From the human T2T-CHM13v2.0 reference genome, Homo sapiens, in assembly GCF_009914755.1 (NCBI RefSeq), contig NC_060934.1: a DNA stretch of 64,000 nt; one strand, 5' to 3'. The notes under the pieces are model-generated. The model made no database searches. It was not told where the DNA came from and saw only the letters and a program-made list of their open reading frames with translations. Shown here one piece after another: positions 26,215 through 40,751 of the stretch. The number at the start of each line of letters is the position of its first letter. Position 1 is the stretch's first letter. A program made the position numbers and the translations under genes.

Positions 26215-29085
26215 CCTAAAACATAATGTTTTATGGTGCAGACTATAGTGTATCATGGTGAACGTTCCATGTGAGCTTGAGTACAATGTGCATTCTGATG
26301 TTGTTGGGTGCTAGTCTATAGATGTCAATTATATACAGTTGATTAATGATGTTGTTTAGTTCAACTATGTTCTTGCTGATTTTAGCCTGCCGGATCTGTT
26401 CATATCTCACAGAGGAGTACTGAAGTCTCCAACTATAATAGTGCGTGCTTCCATTTCTCCTTGAAGGTTTATGAGGTTTTGCCCTACATAGTTTAATACT
26501 TTCTTAATAGGCAGGTACACATTTGAGATTATTATATCTTTTTGGAGAAGTGAGCCCTTTTTCATTATGCATTGTCTATCTTTATCCTTAATTACTCTAC
26601 TTATTTGGAAGACTCCTGTGTCAGCAATTAATATAGTCTTGCTTTCTTTTGATTAGTGTTTCCATGATATATATATATTTTTCATCCATTTACTTTAATT
26701 TACATTTGTCTTTGTATTTAAAGTGAGTTTCTTGTACACCAGTATATTGCATCTTATTTTTTGATCCACACTCAGAATCGCTATCTTTTAGTTGGCATAC
26801 TTTGATGATTTGTGTGCAAAATGATTACTTATATATTTGAATTTATGTCTACCATATTTATTACTGTTTTCTATTTGTTGCTCTAGTTTCTCATTTTTAT
26901 TTTTTCTTCAACTCTTTTTCTACCTTTTACTGTTTTAGTTGAGCATCTGATAAAATGTCATTTTTCTACTTTCTTAGCATGTCAGTTATACTTTTAAAAT
27001 TTTTCTTTAGAATTTGAAGTATATATTTACAACAAATCTAACTTCATTTTGAAATAAACTAAGCTGCTTTAGAAGTAATGTGAGTACCTGATAATTATAA
27101 AATAATTCTAATTGCTCCCTCCTGTCCCTTGTATCACTGATGGCATTTACTTCACTTATATATAGAAATACATAAGGTTATATGTAATATATATGATTAT
27201 ATATGCTTATATGATATATATGGAAGCATATATAATCAAATTAGTACATGTACATATATACAAAATGCTTAGTAAAAATACATTGTTGCTTTTATTATTT
27301 TGAGAAAACTGCTATGTGTTAGATAAACTGAAAATAAGGCAAATAAAAATTTTTATTTTACCCATTTCTTCAATGTTTTTTTCTTTATGAAGATCAAAAT
27401 TTCTGACCTATACTATTTTCCTTTTCTCTGAAGAATGTCTTTTGACATATCTTGCAAGGCAGATCTACAGGAATGAATTTCCTCAATTTTTGTTTGTCTG
27501 AGAAAATCTTTATTTCTCACTTACTTTTGAAGGATAATGTTGCAGGGAACAGAATTCAATTTTTTTTCCTTTGTCTCAATGCTTTAAATAATTTACTCCA
27601 TTCTCTTCTTGCTTGCATGGCTTGGGAGGAACAGTCAGATATAAGTCTTATCTTTGTTCTTTTACAGGTAATGTTTCTTTAGCTTTTTTCAGGATTTTTT
27701 TCCTTTGATTTTCTGTAGTTATAAAATGATATTCCTAAGTATAGCTTTGGTTTTCTTTTTTTTATCCTACTTTGTGTACTCGAAGATTCGTGGATTTGTG
27801 GTTTGGTGTTTGATCGTAATTTGGGAAAATTCTCAGTTATTATTATCTCAAATATTATTGTATTTTTTTCTCTCTTTCTTCTACTTCTGGTATTCCCATT
27901 ACATATATGACTACCTTTTGTAGTTGTCCTGCAGCCCTTTGTTATTCCATTCTGGTGGTTTTTATTCTTCATTGTTCTCTTTGCTCTTCAGTTTTTATTT
28001 TTTTATGCATATCCTAAAGCTCAGAGGTATTTTCCTTAGCAGTGTTCAGTCTACTAATAACCCTATCAAAAACATTGTTTCTGTTACAATGTTTTTGATC
28101 TCTTGCATTCCTTTTTGGTTTGTTCTTAGAATTTCAATCTCTCTGCTAAGATTACACATCTGTTCTTTTATACCATCTATTTTATCCATTAGAGCCTTCA
28201 GCATATTAATTGACATTGTTTAAATTCCCAATCTGATAATTCCCATAACCTTAGTAGAGTTCCGATGCCTTCAAAGTGCATTTTTTGGCTTTTAGCATGC
28301 CATGTAATTTTTTCTTGATTGACAAACATGATGTGCTGGACGAAAGAAATTGCAGTAAAAAGGTTTTTGCGAGTGCGATGGTAAAGTGTTGGGGAAAGGA
28401 AGTGTTCTAGAGTCCCAAGGTAAGATTTCAGTCTTTTAGTGAGTCTGGGCCTTTGGACTGTGAACTTCACAAGTGCTTTCAGACATTGTTCCTTGGGTGG
28501 AACTGGGTGGCTAGAGATGGGCTAGAGTTGGCTACTTCTCCTAGATCAGTCAGGTTCTGAAAAAAACCCAGTAGGTTAGACTCAGTTCACAGTTTCTCTT
28601 GAGTGCAGCCCGTGTTAAGAAGAATAGAGTATTCTGGTGAATTTAGAAATTATTTTTTCTTCATCTTTTGCCAGATATATGCAGATATTTTTCTCTTATA
28701 TTCACTATAAGAACCTGCTCAAACCACTGGAGATAAAACTCACAAAACGTGGGAGACCGACTGCTTTATAACTGGATGCCCTGGAGTTTTAACCTTCGAC
28801 TTGCCCACACTGAGCCTCTAGTGAGTCATCAATTACTGTTCAGATTTTCCTATTCTGATGTTGGTTCTTGTGTAAGTTTTCACTCACAAGTCTCTGTTCT
28901 GGTAAGCCTTGACTCCCTGTATTCATCTCCACAATCTTGGGGACAGCAATTTATGTCTCTTCACTTCTCTTAAGGGTACAAGACGAATGGTTGATTTTTC
29001 ATTCTCTTCAGCTTTAGGATTGTTGTTAGGATGGAAGTGGCAACTTTCAATCTCCTTAGATGTAGAACTGGCAACTGGAAGTCTG
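26215..29085 (-). mobile_element. Old L1M 5' half (endonuclease region, ORF1, 5'UTR)
   Basis: ORF1-like peptide IFEIIITENFPKL (27679-27972 ORF); EN-region motif gaagtctccaactataat. Confidence 0.75.
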
Positions 29086-30535
29086 TTTCTATAATTTTTA
29101 ACTTTAGAAAAGTAAGGCAAAAAAATTGTTGAGAAACTGTGAATATAGTAAGTATTTCCTTTTGTAAATATAATTTTGTGGGTTTTATTTGGGTTCAAAT
29201 TCTTATCATGATGTCTTATTCATTCATGTATTGAGTATAATTGATATGCCATGTAAGTTTAACCACCTAAAGTCAGTTTGACATTTCTAAGCAAAGCCAA
29301 GGGTTACAAAGAAACTGGTTGTCATATTTTTATGACTTGACATTCAAACTAAAACTATAAAATGGCCTTCAGAGTTAAGAATGTAGAGTACCTTGGTTTT
29401 TAATATCTCATGGGTGAAAGAGGAAGGAGCTCTGAAGATTCTTTGATCTCAATTGCTCTTGAAGGAGTTGTTGCAATAATACTCAATAATGTCTGGTGTC
29501 CTGATGTATTTGAGAATATTTCCCCTAGATATTCCCTAATTAGAATACAGCCAATTCCTACTGCCTTTAACCCATTACCACTAGGCAAGGAAGGAATAGC
29601 AGAGCAATCTGGTAGTCATTAAGAATATTTGAAGGTAAATGTGTTCTACTGGGATTAAGCATTTCATTCTCCTGATAATAAAATTATATTAGCTTCATAG
29701 GTATTCACAATATACTTTAGGCTATTTTAAAACAATTAAGAAAATAAAGAATATTCACTTCCTTGAGTTTGTTATTGTTGTTGTTGGTCTGTTTAATTTG
29801 TAGCTTGGAAACAGAGCAGACTCAGCTGAGAAAATTAAAAATGATAGTAATATAAGTTCTTTCAAACCTGAAGAATGAAGGGTGAGAGCTCAGTATGCTT
29901 CAGAATGCATTATATAGCTACAATGTACTACAAAATATCCCTGAAGTGAATCATTACTTAAAAAACCAAAAGCCAGTTAATTAAAAATACAGTGTAATTT
30001 ACCCTTAAAATATGTATATTATTTTGTAGGCACTATGAAAATATGCACTCAGGAGTTAAATATATGAATGAAAAATAAATAAACTAGCCACCAAGGTAAA
30101 ATATCAACCATGATTACATCCAAATATTTGCCTTTCTTGTGTTTCTATGTGTGTCACTAGGCAGGACTAGTGAAAAACACATAATGAGTGCTGTCTGGTA
30201 TAACTTTAACTATTTAGCTTTAACTAAACTCAAGGGGGTTCTTTGAGTTTATATTTCACTATATTTCCCTAGTTAATTTACTCTTTCCCTCTGTTGGATG
30301 TTATAGTACCTTTTCAAATCTTCCATATTTTCTCTCCATCCTTACTCACAGGTGATGATTTATTACTTTGAATGAAGTGTTCATGATCCCATCTCAGGCT
30401 AATGCCTCCACTTATGTATAAAATACACTCCATTTATTTTGTCTACCCAGGAAATCAGCTCTAACTATTCTTCCTTCCTTCTTTTGCGTAAACATGTTAT
30501 CTTTATCATCTTTTAAAATGATCTTCTTAAAAAAT

Positions 30536-32610
30536 TATTTTATTTCAATAGTTTTTGGGGAATAGGTGGTTCTTAGTTACATGGATAAGTTCTTTAGTGG
30601 TGATTCCTGAGATTTTGTTGCACCCATCACCCGAGCAGTGCACACTGTACCCAATGTGTAATGTTTTATGTCTTATCACCCTCTCACCTTCCCCCAAGTC
30701 CTCAATGTCCATTGTATCTTTCTTATGCCTTTGAATCCTCACAACTTAGCTCCCACTTATAAGTGAACACATAAAATACTTGGTTTTCCATTCCTGAGTT
30801 ATTTCACTTGGAATAATGGTCTTCACATGAACCCTAGAACTTAAAGTATAATTTTAAAAAAAGAATAATGGTCTTCAACTCCATCCAGGTTGCTGAAAAG
30901 TCATTATTTGCATCCTTTTTATGGCTGAATAATATTCCATGCTATATAACTCTGGGTAGATATCCAGTAGTGGGATTGCTGGTTCAAATGGTAGTTCTAC
31001 CTTTAGTTCCTTAAGGAATCTCCATACTGCTTTCTATAGTGGTTGTACCAGTTTACATTCCCATCAGCAGTGTAAATGTATTCCCTTTTCACCATATCCA
31101 CACCAACATCTGTTATTTTTTATTTTTAAATTATGGCCATTCTTACAGAAGTAAGGTTAACACCACTAATTGTCAGAGAAATACAGATTAAAACCACTTG
31201 TTGTGAATGGTTTTAATTCACACTCATTCATAATGAGTGGTTTTAATTTGTATTTCTCTGATAACTAGCGATGTTAACTACTTTTTCACGTTTGTTGGCC
31301 ATTTGTGTATCTTCTTTTGAGAATTTTATATTAATGTCCTTAGCCCACTTTTTGATGTGATTTTTTTTTTTCTGATTTGTTTAGAGTTCCTTGTAGATTC
31401 TGGATATTAGTCCTTTGTCAGATTCATAGTTTGTGAAGATTTTCTCCCACTCTGTGGGTTGTCTGTTTACTCTGCTGATTATTCCTTTTGCTGTGCAGAA
31501 GCTTTTTAGTTTAATTCAGTCCTATCTATATTCGTTCTTTTCCATTTGCTTTTGGGTTCTTGGTCATGAACTCTTTGCCTAAGCCAATGTCTACAAGAGT
31601 TTCTCCTATGTTATCTAAAATTCTTATGGTTTCATGTCTCAGATTTAAGTCTTTGACCCACCTTGAGTTGAATTTTGTATAAGATGAAAGATGAGGATCC
31701 AGTTTCATTTTTCTACATGTGGCTTGCCAATTATCCCAGCACCATTTGTTGAGTAGGATGTCCTTTTCCCATTTTATATTTTTGTTTGCTTTGTTGAAGA
31801 TCAGTTGACTGTAAGCATTTGGCTTTATCTATGGGTTCTTTATTCTGTTCCATTGGTCTACATGCCTATTTTTCTGTAATTACCATTCTGTTTTGGTAAC
31901 TATAGCCTTCTAGCATAGTTTGAAGTCAGCTAATGTGCCTCCAGATTTGTTCTTTCTGTTTAGTCTTGCTTTGGCTATGCAGGCTTTTTTTTGGTTTCGT
32001 ATAAATTTTAAGACTTTTTTCTATTTCTGTGGAGAACGATAATGGTATTTTTATGGGAATTGCATTGAATCTGTAGATTGCTTTTGGCAGTATGATCATT
32101 TTCACAATATTGATTCTACTCATTAATAATCATGAAATGTGTTTCCATTTGTTTATGTCATCAATAATTTTTTTCAGCAGTTTTGTAGTTTTCCTTGTAG
32201 AGATCTTTCACCTCCCCAGTTAGGCATATTCTTAAGTATCTTATTTTTTGCATAGCTGTTGTAAAAGGGATTGAGTTCTTGATTTGATTCTTAGCTTGGT
32301 TATTGTTGATGTGTAGCAGTGTTAATGATTTGTATACATTTATTTTGTATCCCAAAACTTTATGAATTCATTTATCAGATCTAGGAGGTTTTTGGATAAG
32401 TCTTTAAGGTTTTCTAGGTATACAATTCTATTATCAGCAAACAGTAACACTTTGACTTCCTCTTTACTGATTTAGATGACCTTTGTTTCTTTCTCTTTTC
32501 TGGTTGCTCTGGTTAGGACTTCCAGTAGTGAAAGTGGGCATCCTTGTCTTGTCCCTGTTCTCAGGGTGAATGCTTACAGCTTTTCCCCATTTAGTATAAT
32601 GTTGGCTGTG
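30536..32610 (-). mobile_element. L1PB 3' segment (ORF2 3' half and 3'UTR)
   Basis: L1PB-type 3' end; ORF2 peptides [23 protein letters not shown] and [11 protein letters not shown]. Confidence 0.9.
30826..30862 (+). mobile_element. 37-bp 5'-truncated L1PA 3' terminus
   Basis: catgaaccctagaacttaaagtataat plus A tail, flanked by a perfect TSD GAATAATGGTCTTCA (30811-30825, 30863-30877). Confidence 0.85.
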
Positions 32611-33277
32611 ACAGATAAAGAATTCATAAGGTTGATTATTAACCTACTCAAGGAGATACCAGGGAAAGGTGAAAAACACCTTAAAAAAAATTAAAGATAC
32701 TTTACAGGATGTGGATGACAAATCCTTCAGAGAAACAGATATTATAAGGCAAAAAATTCATAACTTTTAGAAATGAAAGATACACTTTGAGAAATACAAA
32801 ATGCACTGCAAAGTTTTAACAATAGACTAGAGCAAGTAGAAGAAAGAACTTCAGAGGTCAAAGATAAGTCTTTAAAATTAACCCAATGAAAGACAAAGAA
32901 AAAAGAACAGAAAAATGAACAAAGCCTCCAAGAAATTTGGGATTATGTTAAATGACCAAACCTAAGATTAATTGGAAAGAGGGAAATCTATAAGTTTTTC
33001 CAAACTTTTAGAAATTTAAAAGATTTCCCTCTTATTTGAAGGAACAATTGAGAAAAATTTTTCTGGCCTTGCTAGAGATATAAGCATCCACATACAAGAA
33101 ACTCAAAGAACACTTGGGAAATTCATCACAAAATGATCATTGCCTAGGCACATAGTCGTCAGGTGATCTAAAGTCAAGACGAATGAAAGAATCTTAAGAG
33201 CTGTGAGACAAAAGCATCAGGTAACCCACAAAGGAAAACCGGTCAGATTCACAGCAGATTTCTCAGCGGAAACTTTA
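32609..33277 (+). mobile_element. Inverted L1PB ORF1 segment (5' inversion)
   Basis: ORF1 motifs aaagcctccaagaaatttgggattatgt and acagcagatttctcagcggaaac on the opposite strand, abutting the ORF2 segment. Confidence 0.85.
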
Positions 33278-33539
33278 AAATGCTTTTGACTCCATTCCTC
33301 TTTCCTATCACTACCCCATTCCTCTGATTCTTGTTAGAGCATAATTTCTCAAAAGATTTGGCTTTGCTCACTGTCCTTATTCCTGTGATCCTCCCTATCT
33401 CTCTTTTACCTGCTCTAAATAGGCTTTCAACACAACAAACACTTCCATGAAACTATTTGCTATATCCAGAAGTCATTTCTTACTTTCTTCTTGATTTATC
33501 AGCAAGATTTGACGCTGATGATAACTCTTTTCTTTCTAA

Positions 33540-34056
<517 letters not shown>

Positions 34057-35374
34057 TACACTAATGACTTTTAACTGAAGGTCAGATTTAGGTCAGATTT
34101 CACATATATGTGTTTCCAGAAATCCCTGCTTAAGCATCTAAAAGTCATCTCAAATTTAACATCTAAACAAAATCTGGTTATTCCACCTCAACTTGCTCAT
34201 TCCCCCTCATTCCCCTATTCCTTAATTATTGGCAGTGCTATTTTTCCAATTGCTCAGATTGAGCTTGGGGTCCTTCTTGCGTCATGTTTTACTCTCACAC
34301 CTCAATACACAATCTGACAGAAAATTATTTCTGCTGTTTCATTTTAGTAAATTTGGAAGCTGACCACATTTGCTACCTTTACTGCTATCCAGACTATACA
34401 CTGTCATCTCTCCCTTGTACTACTGCATCAACTTCCTTAAGGGTATCATTGCTTCTACTCTATCCTGTCCATGGGCTCTATACACAACACAATAGTGAGA
34501 ATTATCTTAATAAAATGAAATTCAGATTGTGTCATTTCTCTTCTTAGAACCTTCTAGGATAACTTAAAAGAGCCAATCAAACTAATGGTTGCTTCTGCTA
34601 GGGGCAAACCATTTTTAAAAATATTCTTTTAATGTTAACATATCATTGTATAAATATCATTGTATTATTTGTACACTGTATTCTCAGCCATAATGCATAT
34701 AACTATACAAAATGGAAGTGAGAAATAGGTAAAATGCCCTTGTCTAGTTTACAAGAAAACTTAGAGGCAAAGGAAAGTGCTACTTAATCAATGCTTTTAC
34801 ACTTTTTGTTGCCACAATTTACTGGATACTCTATTTCTTCAAAAGCAGAAGAAGCATTATTTTCAGATCATGTCTCGATATGGAGCTTAGTGGTCTTTGT
34901 CAGTATATACTTAAAGAATGTTTATTTCTTAATGATACTGAATTTTGTAATGAAAACCCAAATGTGCAAATAGTTATAAACAAGAGGGGTCACAATTGTT
35001 TTTGATTGACTTCAGAAACCATTTGTTTTGTATTTTGTTTTAAGAATTACAGGAACATAGCTACAAATGCTGAGTTTGATTTGGAAATGTGTTCTTGGTC
35101 ATATAAAGATGGGATACAAATACCTTGGGAACTTTCCTTTCCTGTATTATGCGTAAGTCTCCCCAGCACCTATTTTCAGATTAAAGAACTCACTTTTTAA
35201 CAGCTATGGTCTAAAAATTAAGGTCATCTTTTAAACACTATTAACTGTAAATGAATTTTTATTACGGATTTTGTAATTTTCTAACAAAAGTTACTAAAAG
35301 AATGCTTGAAAAGATGATGTAATCTTTCATAACCTAGTAAAAATTTCTTTCTTCTATTTTTAACTTTCTTCTGA

Positions 35375-35540
35375 TTTTTAAAAATTGTGTTCATGATTGA
35401 CACATAATACATGTATAAAGGATGTTTTCATACGTGTGATGTTTTCATACGTGCGTACATTGTATAAAGATCAAATCAGGGTAGTTATCATGTCAATCAC
35501 CTCAAACTTTTAGCATTTAAAGTTTCAGGTGAGAACTTCA
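35375..35540 (-). mobile_element. L1MA 3' end fragment
   Basis: attgacacataat...gatcaaatcagggta...atcacctcaaac. Confidence 0.6.
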
Positions 35541-37410
35541 GAGTGACAATAGTTTTCTGTTTATGGCTTCTTATTACAGGGTCATATTCAGTATATTAAA
35601 CTTAATAAAAACTTCGTCTGTTTATGTGGATTTGTGAATATTTTATATATATACTGCAGTTCAGTAAAATATACTGTATGTTGACCAAAATGAATTTGGT
35701 TTATTAGGAGAGGATAGCACCATTGCATGCAAATATTTTGCATAATTTATTCATGATTCATTGTTGGTCTATTAGAATACTCCATAATGATTGAAGATGC
35801 CAACTCACATTAAAAATAAGCTTACAAGATCCTGGTTAATAAGCAGTAAGTCCAAGGTATTAATTGACAATGAAGATCATTCTTTTATATTAACTACAAT
35901 GTTCAGAGTCCCTATTTAGGATATACTTTTCATGATCACTAAATTAATAAATGTAAGGTTGCTTAGTAACTACTGTAGGATACAAGTAGAGGAAGGTAAA
36001 TTATTACAGGGGATTTTTCATTTAGACCATGATGACACTCAATGATATATTTCTTTTTGTAAACCAAGGTCTTGTTGCTAAGGGCTGTGTACTGCCCATC
36101 AGATTTGGTGTCTTTCAGTCTGAACTATTTCAGAGCAACCGTGACACCTTGCAGCTGTTGAGCTTCCCTTTTCTAACTTCTAGGCTGTGTTTTTTTTTCT
36201 TATTTATGTACGTTTTCTTTAGATAGAATGCAATGTAGATAATGAGGTTTCAAATTACTAAAAATGCATTTTAACTCTGCTTACATGCGATAACACTTGG
36301 GATATTTTGATAATTTTATTGGGGCTTCACAATTTTTTGGCCATCCACATACATTGACAATCACTTTATTTACTACATGTGTTATTAACCATTTCGTTTG
36401 TGCACAATTTTGTTCAGAGGGTCATTTAAGCTTCAAGTTATTTGAGGTAACTTTATTGTCTGACTCATGTACCTTCTACATTATTCAGATAATTTATGAA
36501 CTTGTTTTCGTGTGTTTAAAACAATTTTTAAAATGTTAGGTTTAAAAGATTGAAAAAAAAATATGTGATAATTCATTACCCTTTCTACCTGCATCCAGCT
36601 ATATGAACATGAATCAGTTCAGAAAGATCAGAATATATCCTCCTTTCAGAGCACAGTTATTCTTGAAATCTATCCCATTTTTTGACAAGTCTATGAACAC
36701 AATGGCATCATTAGCAATGATTGCAGAGTCAGAACAAAAATTAGTATTTTTGTTTGGAGAATCTCAGAGTTTTCAATTAGTTTGGAAAGACATATAATTT
36801 TCTGACTATTCCTTTCCTGCTATTCACCATCCATTACTGACATAAGTCAAGCAACCATTGGGAGTCAGAAAAAAACAGAATAAATTTTTATGCTCGTGCA
36901 TCAGCATTTTCTAAATATCTCCCAGAAGGCATGCATTCCTTCAGCCTCACTTGTAGGCTGGAGAATAGACACACATGCATGTAACTCATACATTTCAAAA
37001 AGAGGGACAGGACTTGTTTTGATTTCACTGAGCTACTTATACAAGTCAGTGGTCCAAGTCAACAGGGTAATAGTATAATTTTCATGCACAATGAACCCTC
37101 AACAGTTTTTATAAGACAAAACTAGAGCAGCTCATTAAAATGGCATTGAGGGTAAAATCAGAAAGACAAAATGCCAGCTACTAATGGTTGAGGGTAGGCA
37201 ATAAGGCAGGAGGAAAACATATCAATTAATACTTTGAAACAATCTCACCACAGTGTATCCTTTTCAGACTTTTACGTTTGTCTCTGCCAATAAGTTTGAT
37301 ACTTGGTTAATTACTATCTTCTGCATTAATTGCTATGTTTATTAGTATTTTCTCATTTTTCTAAGAGTTATGTCAGAACATTGAGACTGGAAAGTGTTGT
37401 TCACTCTGGG

Positions 37411-37716
<306 letters not shown>

Positions 37717-38165
37717 CACTCTGTTTTTGAATCTGCTATGTTTCTTGACAGTCTCAGGCACCTTGACTAGTCAATTAATCACTACTTGTTTAAATTTTAG
37801 TTTATTGAATGAGGAATATTTGCCAGTAGGAACAAGCAATAGAAAATTTTATGATATAGCAAAATATAATATTATGATCAAAGAATCTAAGAGAATAGAG
37901 ATGATAATGTAAAATTTACAGCAATTTTTCTTGCTTTATCTTTTCAGAGCTATTCAGAAATTTAAGAGATGTATTGTCCCCTGCCCTCATACCCTATTTT
38001 ATTGCAGTAGAACTGAGGCTTAATTATGTAAAATGACTTCCCGGGGTCAAAAGTTCATTTATTACCGAGCTGAACATAGAATCTATTGATATTACTAAAA
38101 TTTGTTATGTAAGGTATTGTTGACATCTGTGTTGTTCTTATATTGCATGTAAATCTTTATAGAAC

Positions 38166-38623
38166 TTTATAGCAGCACGATTTGCAATTGTAACAATGTG
38201 GAACCAGCCCAAATGCCCATCAATCAAGAAGTGGGTAAAGAAACTGTGGTATATATATATATGATGGAATACTACTCAGCCATAAAAATGAATGAATTAA
38301 TGGCATTCACAACAACCTGTGTGAAACTGGAGACTATTATTCTAAGTGAAGTAACTCAGGAATGGAAAACCAAACATCATATTTTCTCACTTATAAGTGG
38401 GAGCTAACCTATGAGGATGCAAAGGCATAACAATGATGCAATGGACTTTGGGGACTCTGGGAAAGAGTGGGAAGCGGGTGAGAGATAAAAGACTACAAAC
38501 TGGGTTCAGTGTATACTGCTCGGGCGATGGGTGCACCAAAATCTCTCACAAATCACCACTAAAGAACCTACTCATGTAACAAAATACCACCCGTTCCCTA
38601 AAAACCTATGGAAATAAAAAAAA
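38166..38623 (+). mobile_element. 5'-truncated L1PB 3' end
   Basis: Peptide MEYYSAIK...LETIILSEVTQEWK; 3'UTR ending cctatggaaataaaaaaa. Confidence 0.88.
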
Positions 38624-38823
38624 TATTTAGAAAAATTTTGGTTTTGTCCTAACATGTTTAACTATAACACAATAAAAATCTGACCTAATTTGGAGATTCT
38701 GAAGTAATTTGGAGATTCTTATTTATTTCCATCTCTTCATCTTCTATTTCTTTAGAAGAATGTGCTCTTGTTTGTTTTTTAATTTTCAGTCGAATTAAAA
38801 ATAAAAATAAAATCATATTTCAG

Positions 38824-39524
38824 TTCTATGATTTGAGTGCATCTCTTAAAAGTTCATGTGTTGAAAACTTAATTGTCAATTCAACAGTGTTGGGTGGTGG
38901 GGCTTAATAAGAGGTGATTGGGTCATGAGGGCAGAACCCTCTTGAATGAATTAATGTCATTAACATGGGAGCAGGTTATTCATTATAAAAGTGGGTTGTT
39001 ATAAAGTGAGACCAGGATGAACATGGTGGCTCACACCTGTAGTCTCAACACTTGGAAGGCCAAGGCAGGAGGATTGCTTGAACCCAGGAGTTTTAGATTA
39101 GCCTGGACAACATGGGGAGACTCTGTCTCTACACAAAGTTAAAAAATTAGTGGGGTGTGGTGGCACATGCCTGTAGTCCCAGCTACTTTAGAGGCTGAAG
39201 TGGGATGATGGTTTGAGCCCAGGAGGTAGAGGCTGTAGTGGGCCATGATGCTGCCACTGCCCTCTAGCCTGGACGACAAAGTGAGACCTGTCCTTGCAAA
39301 GTAAAAATAAAGAAATAAAATGAGTCCAGCTGCTGGTGCCTCCCTGTACCTTACGCACTTGCTTCTGTCTTTTGTCTTTGACCATGGGATGACCCTTAGC
39401 AGACACTATTGTCATGCTCTTAGACATCCCATCCTCCAGAACCATGAGCCAAATAAACATCTATCCTTTATAAATTACCCAGTCTGTGGTATTCTGTTAC
39501 AGCAGCAGAAGATGGACTAAGGCA
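38824..39524 (+). mobile_element. MaLR solo LTR (MST-like) containing an AluJ
   Basis: aaagttcatgtgttgaaaacttaa...aaattacccagtctgtggtattctgttacagcagcagaagatggactaaggca. Confidence 0.8.
39010..39315 (+). mobile_element. AluJ
   Basis: Dimeric Alu; TSD ataaa(g/a)tgag. Confidence 0.9.
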
Positions 39525-40751
39525 CCAGTAACTGTTTCTTTTATTTTTTTTTTCTTACAAAAGAAACTTTCTAGTATTTTATGGAAATAAGGCTTGATTA
39601 TTTTGCCTTGTACTTTCATGTCCTTCTGTTCTCTCTTTTCCCCTTCATCCTTTCTTTACAAGGAAATGTTTAAATTAGAAATGTGGTACCCTTTACCACA
39701 GTAAAGTAAAATATAGAAACTTCCATAATCTATTAAAACAGTTGTTCTTGCAATCAAGACAAAGGGGAATTTATTATTTAACTTCAAATATCAAATAAGA
39801 AATATGTCTTTTGAAAAGAGTGAAAAGATGATAATCCTTTGTGATTATAGATTTTTTCTTCTCTAATTTTTAATTCATATTACAGTTAAAGATCTCTAAG
39901 CTGCTCTTTATCTCCAAACAATTTTTTACTATTAGTGCCTTTTAAATTCTGAGTATAACCAGCATGAAATGTTTTAGTTATTCTAAGTTATAACTGCATT
40001 TTAAATCCAAAGTCCTTTTATAAGTTGATAGGAATAATAGTTATCATTTCTCAAATGCTCAATTATGGCATTGAATTCTTTCATATTATTAAATTTAGTA
40101 GTAATCGTTGTTTGTATGGATAAGCTATTGTACTCATGTTCAATTTTTTTCCTTCCTACTAGTAGACTATTAAATAAAAGTTAAAATTGTCATATTTACT
40201 AATTGTGTAGTTCAATATTGATCATTTGATCACTCACAATACAGAGTTTGTCAATGTTAACTATAACTGTTACCTTTCTGTGAAATTTATGAGAGACAAG
40301 ATAAAAATGATACTTTGTAGAAAGCAGAGTACAAGAGGAGGCAGAGTATAAGAGAATGAATCACTGTCAAGGGCAGGTTAGGCATCATTGTAGCAATTAG
40401 TATTTAATCTTCTTTGTGACTGTATCAAAATGTCATCTCAGTTTGACCAGCAGTTTGACATTTAATTGCTGGAGAGTTAAAAGCTCAGCCAAGCACATAG
40501 TGAGTGGTTAAAGGTGTGTATCTGTATTCCCACTTCCGCTGTTTAAATTGAACTCAGCAAAAATTAGTAGTGAAACCTTAGGTAAGTTAGTTAAACATGT
40601 TAAGTCTGATTTTCCTAATTTGTAAAAGTCAGTAATAATATTACCTACAGTAGTGGTAGCTGTTGGTATGAAACAAGGTTTCTATACATGTGGTAATTTA
40701 ATAAGGATGCTATGTAAAAAATGTTAGTGCAATGTTATGCGTAATTTTAAT

